A stretch of 64,000 nucleotides of DNA from Spirochaetia bacterium (GTDB lineage: Bacteria; Spirochaetota; Spirochaetia; SZUA-6; Bin103). Positions 57,810 to 64,000 of this stretch are shown one piece after another (positions within the stretch are counted from its first letter, which is position 1; the number at the start of each line of letters is the position of its first letter). Location of the stretch: the NCBI GenBank assembly GCA_965208575.1, contig CBDBOV010000006.1, positions 160,001 through 224,000 on the forward strand, given 5' to 3'. Below the pieces are notes generated by a model. The model was not told the DNA's origin. It did no database searches and saw only the letters and a list, made by a program, of their open reading frames with translations. Position numbers and translations under genes: made by a program.

Positions 57810-59873
57810 GTGAAGAGATACTCTGTTCTTGTGGTCGCCGCGCTGGCCGCGGCCCTTGCTGCGGCACCGCTGTTCGCCTCCGGCGAAGGCGAGGCGGCCG
57901 GCGACGGCTCCGGGGGCGCCATGATGGCGCTGGAAGCGGCCGGCGGCACGCCCTACGTGGACTACTACTGGCCCACGGCCAGTGCCTACATGGCCGAAAC
58001 CGGCAATGAAATCACCGCCCTCGGCGAGTCGCCCGTGCTGGCGGCGCGCGTGGCGGCCGGCGAGTTGCCCGCGGTGGTCGACCGCCTGCCCGCCGACCCG
58101 GCGGTAATCCGCCCGCCGAACGAAATCGGCCAGTACGGCGGACGCTTCCGCTGGCACGGCGTCGCGGTGCAGAACGAGCCGGGCATGATGATCGAGGGCG
58201 CCTCCCAGCCGCTCGGCAAGCTCACCCCGGACGGCACCAGGATCCACTCCAACGTGGTCGCCGACTACTCCGTGTCGGCCGACAAGCACACGCTCAACAT
58301 CGCATTGCGCCCCGGCCAGAAGTGGTCCGACGGCGAGGACTTCGACGCCGACGACTTCGTGTTCTGGCTGGACGCGGTGGGCAACGACGACCGCGTGTTC
58401 TCGCGCGCCCGCCCGCGCGTAACCTGGCAGGGCAAGCTGCCGCAGATCGAGGTGACCGGCCAGTACAACGTGGCCTTCACGTGGGAGGATCCGTTCCCGA
58501 TCGCCAAGCTGGTGCTGATGCGCGACCGGCCCTTCTACCCCGAGCATTACCTGGCGCAGTTCCACATCGACTACAACGACAAGGCCGACGAGCTGGCCAA
58601 GGAAGCCGGCTTCGAGAGCTGGACGCAGGCGTTCCGCGAGCGCTCCGCCGAGCGTGACGGCCCCGGCTCCCGCCCCACGGTGATGTCCGCCAACGACATC
58701 GGCATGCCCACCCTCGACCCGTGGATCATCGCCGAGGACGGGCTCGACTCCGAGTTGTGGGCGCGCAACCCGTTCTACTGGCGCATCGACACCGCCGGCA
58801 ATCAGCTTCCCTATCTCGACGAGATCCTGGTCACCTTCCTGTCCAACGCCGCCGAGCAACTGCCGGTCAAGGTGATGGCGGGCGAGCTGGACCTGGCCAC
58901 CGGCCTGTCGCTGGCCGACGCCCCGGTGCTGAAGCGCAACGAGGACGATGGCAATTACGAACTGACCCAGTACCAGAACATGACCACCGCCACCGCGGCC
59001 GGCTGGGTGTTCAACTACACCCACACCGACCCCGGGCTGAACGCCATCTTCAACGACGTGCGCTTCCGGCAGGCGCTGTCGGTTGCGGTCGACCGCCAGG
59101 ACATCAGCGACACCCTGTTCTTCGGCCAGGCCAAGCCGGTGCTGATTCCCGCGCCCGAGGCGTGGACCGGGTTCGAGACCTGGATGAAGGAAGACTTCGC
59201 CCAGTACGACCCGGACCTGGCCAACCAGCTCCTGGACGAAATGGGACTGGCGTGGGACAGCGACAAGACGTGGCGGGTGCGTCCCGACAACGGCGAGCCG
59301 GTGGCGTTCGAGGGCTCCTGGCCCGCCGAGTGGAGCGCCTACTTCGAGAACATGATGGACCTGATCAGCGGCTACTGGGAGGCGGTAGGCATCAAGATGA
59401 CGCCCAAGTTCGTGCCCGAGGAGCTGGGCTTCGAGCGCGCCATGGCCAATGACATCGACTCGTCGTTCTGGCCCGGCGGCGGCGCCAGCGAGCTGATCGC
59501 GCGCCAGCGCTACCCGATGAAGCTGCTGCCGCCGTGGCACTGGATCCACTGCTGCACCGCGACCACGGCGCCGTGGGGCATCTGGTATCACTCCCAGGGA
59601 GCCGAAGGCGAGAAGCCTGATGACCCCGATATCCTGCGCCTGTTCGAACTCGCCGACGCCATGAAGCTGACGGAGGCCGGCACGCCCGAGTACGAGGCGA
59701 TTACCAACGAGTTGTTGGCCCTGAACGCGCGCAACCTGTGGCACACGGCCACGGTGACGCCGGAGCCGCTGATGCTGGCGGTGGGCAACAACCTCGGCAA
59801 CTTCGTGCGCGACGGTATACTGGTGCTGGCGTGGACCTACGATAACGAGGTGTATTACCTGAAGGATATGTAG
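57810..59873 (+). CDS. ABC substrate-binding protein, family 5 (different subfamily)
   Basis: AGGAGG RBS; signal peptide; ESP.L..V.AGELP.V.DRLP..P, IGQYGG, KWSDG, RNPFYW.ID.AGNQLPYLD. Confidence 0.92.
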   Translation: MKRYSVLVVAALAAALAAAPLFASGEGEAAGDGSGGAMMALEAAGGTPYVDYYWPTASAYMAETGNEITALGESPVLAARVAAGELPAVVDRLPADPAVIRPPNEIGQYGGRFRWHGVAVQNEPGMMIEGASQPLGKLTPDGTRIHSNVVADYSVSADKHTLNIALRPGQKWSDGEDFDADDFVFWLDAVGNDDRVFSRARPRVTWQGKLPQIEVTGQYNVAFTWEDPFPIAKLVLMRDRPFYPEHYLAQFHIDYNDKADELAKEAGFESWTQAFRERSAERDGPGSRPTVMSANDIGMPTLDPWIIAEDGLDSELWARNPFYWRIDTAGNQLPYLDEILVTFLSNAAEQLPVKVMAGELDLATGLSLADAPVLKRNEDDGNYELTQYQNMTTATAAGWVFNYTHTDPGLNAIFNDVRFRQALSVAVDRQDISDTLFFGQAKPVLIPAPEAWTGFETWMKEDFAQYDPDLANQLLDEMGLAWDSDKTWRVRPDNGEPVAFEGSWPAEWSAYFENMMDLISGYWEAVGIKMTPKFVPEELGFERAMANDIDSSFWPGGGASELIARQRYPMKLLPPWHWIHCCTATTAPWGIWYHSQGAEGEKPDDPDILRLFELADAMKLTEAGTPEYEAITNELLALNARNLWHTATVTPEPLMLAVGNNLGNFVRDGILVLAWTYDNEVYYLKDM

Positions 59874-59975
59874 CGAACCGGTCGCGACCGGACACGCTGT
59901 CATGTCGGCGCCCGGCCAGGGGTTCAGAGCAACCTGCCGGGCGCCGTTGTTTTCCATACGCTCTCCCCTGACCTG

Positions 59976-60968
59976 ATGCCGCAATACCTCGTCAAACGCT
60001 TTCTGTACATGATCCTGCTGCTGTGGTTGCTGACCCTGGTGTCGTTCATCATCATCCAGTTGCCGCCGGGCGACATCGTGTCGTCGATCGCGCGCCGCAT
60101 GGCAGAGACCGGCGAGGCGGCCGACCAGGCGATGATGGATGCGATGCGCGAGCAGTGGGGGCTCGACAAGCCGATCCACGTGCAGTACTGGCGCTGGTTC
60201 CGCAACCTGCTGCGCGGCAACATGGGCTTCTCGTTCCTGCTCAACCGGGCGGTGGCGGAGGTGGTGGGCGAGCGCATCGCGCTCACCGCGCTGATCTCCG
60301 GCACCACCCTGATCTTTACCTTCGTGATGGCGATTCCGATCGGCATCTACTCCGCCACCCACCAGTACCAGGCCGGCGACTACGTGTTCTCGTTCATCGG
60401 CTTCATCGGCCTGGCCACGCCCAACTTCCTGCTGGCGCTGATCTTGATGATGGGGCTGCTGGCCGTGGGGATGAGTCCGGGCGGGCTGTTCTCGCCGGAG
60501 TACCTCAAGCAGCCGTGGAGCCTGGGCAAGGTGATCGACCTGCTCGCCCACCTGCCGCTGCCGATCGTGGTGGTGGGCACCGCGGGCACCGCCGGCGTGA
60601 TCCGCATCATGCGCGCCACGCTGCTCGACGAGCTGGAGAAGCAGTACGTGATCACCGCGCGTTCCAAGGGCGTGGCGGAGACGCGGCTCTTGTTCCGCTA
60701 CCCGGTGCGGGTGGCGCTCAACCCGATCATCAGCACGATCGGCTGGCTGCTGCCGGTGATCGTGTCGGGTGAGATCATCACCGCGCTGGTGATCGGCATT
60801 CCAACCGTGGGGCCGCTGCTGTTCCGGGCGCTGCAGTTCCAGGACATGTTCCTGGCTTCGTCGCTCTTGCTGATGATCAACATGCTCACCGTGGTCGGCA
60901 CCCTGCTGTCCGACCTGCTGCTGGTGGCAAGCGACCCGCGCATCCGCTTCGAGGCGCGCGCCGGCTGA
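59976..60968 (+). CDS. ABC permease, DppB-like
   Basis: IIQLPPGD, GLDKP, LLDELEKQYVITARSKG, DPRIR. Confidence 0.93.
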   Translation: MPQYLVKRFLYMILLLWLLTLVSFIIIQLPPGDIVSSIARRMAETGEAADQAMMDAMREQWGLDKPIHVQYWRWFRNLLRGNMGFSFLLNRAVAEVVGERIALTALISGTTLIFTFVMAIPIGIYSATHQYQAGDYVFSFIGFIGLATPNFLLALILMMGLLAVGMSPGGLFSPEYLKQPWSLGKVIDLLAHLPLPIVVVGTAGTAGVIRIMRATLLDELEKQYVITARSKGVAETRLLFRYPVRVALNPIISTIGWLLPVIVSGEIITALVIGIPTVGPLLFRALQFQDMFLASSLLLMINMLTVVGTLLSDLLLVASDPRIRFEARAG

Positions 60969-62155
60969 TGCGTCCACCGCCCGACCCCGACCGCGACACC
61001 GCCCGCCCCGCCGCCGCCGGCGGCGCCATCCCGGAAGCCGCCGCCCTCACCGCCCGCGAGACCGCCGCCCAGGAGGCGTACTGGATGGCCTCGCAGTGGC
61101 AGTTGATGTGGCGCAAGTTCCGCCGCCACCACCTGGCGCTGGTCGGCGGCGCGGTGCTGATCGTGTTCTACCTGCTCGGCATCTTCTGCGACTTCTTCTC
61201 GCCCTACACCATCAAGGAGCGGTTCCAGGGCCTGCAGAACCACCCGCCGTCGCGCATCCACTGGATCGCCGACGGACGGCTGGTCGGACCCTACGTCTAT
61301 CCCACCGAGCAGACGCTCAACCCGGAAACCTTCGAGGCCACCTTCACCGAGCTCACCGAGACCCGCTACCCGATCCGCTTCTTCACCCGCGGCGAGGAAT
61401 ACCGGCTGCTGGGCCTGTTCCCGACCCGGATCCGGCTGTACGGGGTGGAGCGCCCGGCGGGCATCTTCCTGTTCGGCACCGACGCGCTCGGGCGCGACCT
61501 GTTGTCGCGCACCCTGTGCGGGGCGCGCATCTCGCTGTCGATCGGCCTGGTGGGAGTGGCGATCTCGTTCCTGCTGGGGGTGGTGTTCGGCGGCATCTCC
61601 GGCTACTTCGGCGGGCGCGCGGACATGCTGATCCAGCGCATGATCGAGTTCATCATCTCGATTCCGACCATCCCGCTGTGGATGGGGCTGGCGGCGGCGC
61701 TGCCCAAGGACTGGTCGGTGCTGCAGCTCTACTTCGGCATCGTGGTGATCCTGTCGCTGGTGCGCTGGGGCAGCCTGGCGCGGGTGGTGCGCGGCAAGCT
61801 GCTGGAGCTGCGCGAGCACGACTTCACCATGGCGGCGCGGCTGGCGGGCCTGCGCGAACGGGCGGTAATCGCCCGCCACCTGCTGCCGTCGTTCGCCAGC
61901 TACCTGATCGTGCACCTGACCCTCGCGATCCCGGACATCATCCTCGGCGAGACCGCGCTCAGCTTCCTGGGCCTGGGGCTGCGCTCGCCGGCGGTGAGCT
62001 GGGGCGTGCTGCTGAAGGCGGCGCAGAACGTGCGCAGCGTGGCCGCCTACCCGTGGATGCTGATCCCGGCGCTGTTCGTGATCGTGACGGTAATGGCGTT
62101 CATGTTCGTGGGCGACGGCCTGCGCGACGCCGCCGACCCCTACCGCCAGCGGTGA
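60968..62155 (+). CDS. ABC permease, DppC-like
   Basis: LFGTDALGRDL, GARISL, HLLP, ETALSFLGLG, GDGLRDAADP. Confidence 0.93.
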   Translation: MRPPPDPDRDTARPAAAGGAIPEAAALTARETAAQEAYWMASQWQLMWRKFRRHHLALVGGAVLIVFYLLGIFCDFFSPYTIKERFQGLQNHPPSRIHWIADGRLVGPYVYPTEQTLNPETFEATFTELTETRYPIRFFTRGEEYRLLGLFPTRIRLYGVERPAGIFLFGTDALGRDLLSRTLCGARISLSIGLVGVAISFLLGVVFGGISGYFGGRADMLIQRMIEFIISIPTIPLWMGLAAALPKDWSVLQLYFGIVVILSLVRWGSLARVVRGKLLELREHDFTMAARLAGLRERAVIARHLLPSFASYLIVHLTLAIPDIILGETALSFLGLGLRSPAVSWGVLLKAAQNVRSVAAYPWMLIPALFVIVTVMAFMFVGDGLRDAADPYRQR

Positions 62156-62233
62156 CGGCACCGACCAGGCGCTCGTGAAGGCGTTTGCACGCCCTGTAGC
62201 GCGCCATTATACTACCCAACGGGTACGATACGA

Positions 62234-62494
62234 ATGTCAGGAAGCCAATCAATGACCTTTTGGGTGGAAGCCCGATGGGACGATGAGGCGGAAGTCTTCA
62301 GGTCGGAGAGCAACATCACGGGCTTACATATAGAAGCTCCATCTTTGGACGAATTCCAAGAGATACTCAAGGACTTGGTTCCCGAACTACTCGCAGCGAA
62401 TTACGGCCGCAATATTCATACGCCAAAGAAAAAAGACACCTATCCAGTTTGGAACTATGAATATGGCGAGCAACTTCTACAACCAAGTCACTGA
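62234..62494 (+). CDS. DUF1902/HicB-like antitoxin
   Basis: VEARWDDEAEVF.SESNITGLHIEA..L.PELL; visibly lower GC. Confidence 0.8.
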   Translation: MSGSQSMTFWVEARWDDEAEVFRSESNITGLHIEAPSLDEFQEILKDLVPELLAANYGRNIHTPKKKDTYPVWNYEYGEQLLQPSH

Positions 62495-62660
62495 AGTGCT
62501 AGAACGTAACGGCTTCCGTTTCCTGCGACAGGCGAAGGGGTCGCATGAAATGTGGGTGGACGATAGTTCCGGCCAGAAAGTGTCAGTGCCTGCCAAGATA
62601 CTAAGCCGTCACACTGCTAACGCCATAATTAAGAGCGCGAAAATCATCCGGAAGATCTGA
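62463..62660 (+). CDS. hicA: HicA family toxin
   Basis: GFRFLRQAKGSHEMW..SRHTANAIIK. Confidence 0.9.
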   Translation: MASNFYNQVTEVLERNGFRFLRQAKGSHEMWVDDSSGQKVSVPAKILSRHTANAIIKSAKIIRKI

Positions 62661-62687
62661 CCGGGCAGCTTTGCACTCTATTTCAAA

Positions 62688-64000
62688 TTGATACACCACC
62701 TAGTGGCCGGGCTCGTTGCGCTGGCCACCCTCGGCGCGGTGCCGGCCACGGCGGAGTTGCGCTTTCGGGCAGCCGGGTTGGGGGCCGGACTGACCGCCGA
62801 GCGGCGGCCGCTGGACTACTCGGTGGCGGACATGACCGGGGGCGCCGCGGTGGGCGATTTCAATCGCGACGGCTGGCAGGACATCTTCCTGCTCGGCGGC
62901 GGCGGGGCGGTGGATGCGCTGTACCTGAACAACGGCGACGGCACCTTTACCGACCAAGCGGCCGCGGCCGGGGTGGCGTGGTCGCACCGCGGCCTGGCGG
63001 CGGCGGTGGGCGACTTCGACGGCGACGGCTGGCAGGACCTGTTCGTGACCAGCCTCGGGGCGTCGAGCGGCGAGCGACGCCCCGGCGCCCACCGCCTGTA
63101 CCGCAACCTGGGCGTGGCTCGCGAAGGCGAGGCGGCCGCCGGCGCCGGGTTGGCGGGCGGTTCGGTGCCCGGTGGTATTCCCCACTTCGAGGAGGTGGCG
63201 GTTGCGGCGACCGTGGCAACCACCGCATCGCCGCGGCCCGACGGGATGGGCGCCGCGTTCGGCGACTACGACCTGGACGGCGACCTCGACCTGTTCGTGA
63301 GCGGCTACCAGTACCATGACGGCAACAAGCTGTTCCGCAACGACGGCGGGCGGTTTGCGGACGTGACCGTGGCCATGTTCGGGCCGGCGTTGGCGATCGA
63401 CGTGCTGGAGACCTGGAGCTTCGCGCCCGCCTTCGTGGACATGGACGGCGACCGCTACCCGGAGCTGCTGATCGCCGGCGACTACGGCACCTCGCGCTAC
63501 TTCCTGAACGACGGCGGGCTTCGCTTCCGCGACCTGACCGCGGCGTCCGGCACCGGCGCCGGCGCCATGGGCATGGGCAGCGCGTTCGGCGACTTCGACG
63601 GCGACGGCCGCTTCGACTGGTACCTGACCTCGGTGTACGCGCGCACCGGCACCGAGTCGGTGCGCAACGGCAACCAGCTCTACCTGAACGAGGGCCGCCA
63701 CCGCTTCCGCGAGGCGTCGGTGGCGGCCGGCGTCAACCACGGCGGCTGGGGCTGGGGCGCGGTAGCAGCCGATCTGAATCACGACGGGGTGCTCGACCTG
63801 GTCACCACCAACGGCTGGACGCGCGCCAACCACCAGGGCGACCTGGAGTGGCTGAGCGAACCGACGCGGGTCTACCTCGGACGCGGCGTACCGGCCGGCG
63901 GCGAGTCCGCCGGCGAAGCGGACGCCCCGGCGCCGGTGTTCGACTTCGCCCAGGAACAGGTGGGCTTGCGCCACCGCGACCAGGGCCGCGGCCTGATCGC
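62688..64000 (+). CDS. FG-GAP/VCBS repeat protein (CRTAC1/ASPIC-UnbV-like), runs off the window
   Basis: Open frame not listed in the ORF track: signal-like N-term, repeats GDFNRDGWQDIF, GDFDGDGWQDLF, GDYDLDGDLDLF, VDMDGDRYPEL, GDFDGDGRFD, DLNHDGVLDL, GWGWG. Confidence 0.88.
   Translation, partial: MIHHLVAGLVALATLGAVPATAELRFRAAGLGAGLTAERRPLDYSVADMTGGAAVGDFNRDGWQDIFLLGGGGAVDALYLNNGDGTFTDQAAAAGVAWSHRGLAAAVGDFDGDGWQDLFVTSLGASSGERRPGAHRLYRNLGVAREGEAAAGAGLAGGSVPGGIPHFEEVAVAATVATTASPRPDGMGAAFGDYDLDGDLDLFVSGYQYHDGNKLFRNDGGRFADVTVAMFGPALAIDVLETWSFAPAFVDMDGDRYPELLIAGDYGTSRYFLNDGGLRFRDLTAASGTGAGAMGMGSAFGDFDGDGRFDWYLTSVYARTGTESVRNGNQLYLNEGRHRFREASVAAGVNHGGWGWGAVAADLNHDGVLDLVTTNGWTRANHQGDLEWLSEPTRVYLGRGVPAGGESAGEADAPAPVFDFAQEQVGLRHRDQGRGLI

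Noticed and set aside
57471-60977. 1168-aa minus-strand ORF
   Set aside because: Antisense shadow of the SBP and permease genes

Overview
GC-rich bacterial accessory region. Gene content (many family-5 solute-binding proteins with spirochaete-like 'WAGGEEE/FASGEGE' N-termini, plant-type LRR, FG-GAP/CRTAC1, Rpn, PhyH, BVMO, many TA modules) suggests a marine host-associated, possibly sponge-symbiont, genome; this is inference only. Main blocks: (1) a TIM-barrel isomerase gene split by a 3059-bp element (173-3231) with terminal inverted repeats and an 8-bp target duplication, carrying only a large HNH nuclease and no transposase; the same terminus occurs on an IS remnant at 10279. (2) A 9.9-28 kb tandem array of five peptide/nickel-type ABC cassettes (two intact, three deleted) with no ATPase, each followed by a toxin-antitoxin/defence module or its remnant. 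(3) A TolC + PAS-fused membrane-fusion protein + MacB-type exporter. (4) An orphan phage-like cI/cro switch whose repressor lacks the autocleavage lysine and whose Cro is fused to 12 plant-type LRRs. (5) A 3795-bp nested DDE transposon with a 5-bp duplication. (6) Catabolic and transport genes and further TA pairs. Many genes look leaderless. Several frameshifts and microhomology deletions could be real decay or assembly error. No rRNA, tRNA or CRISPR was seen.
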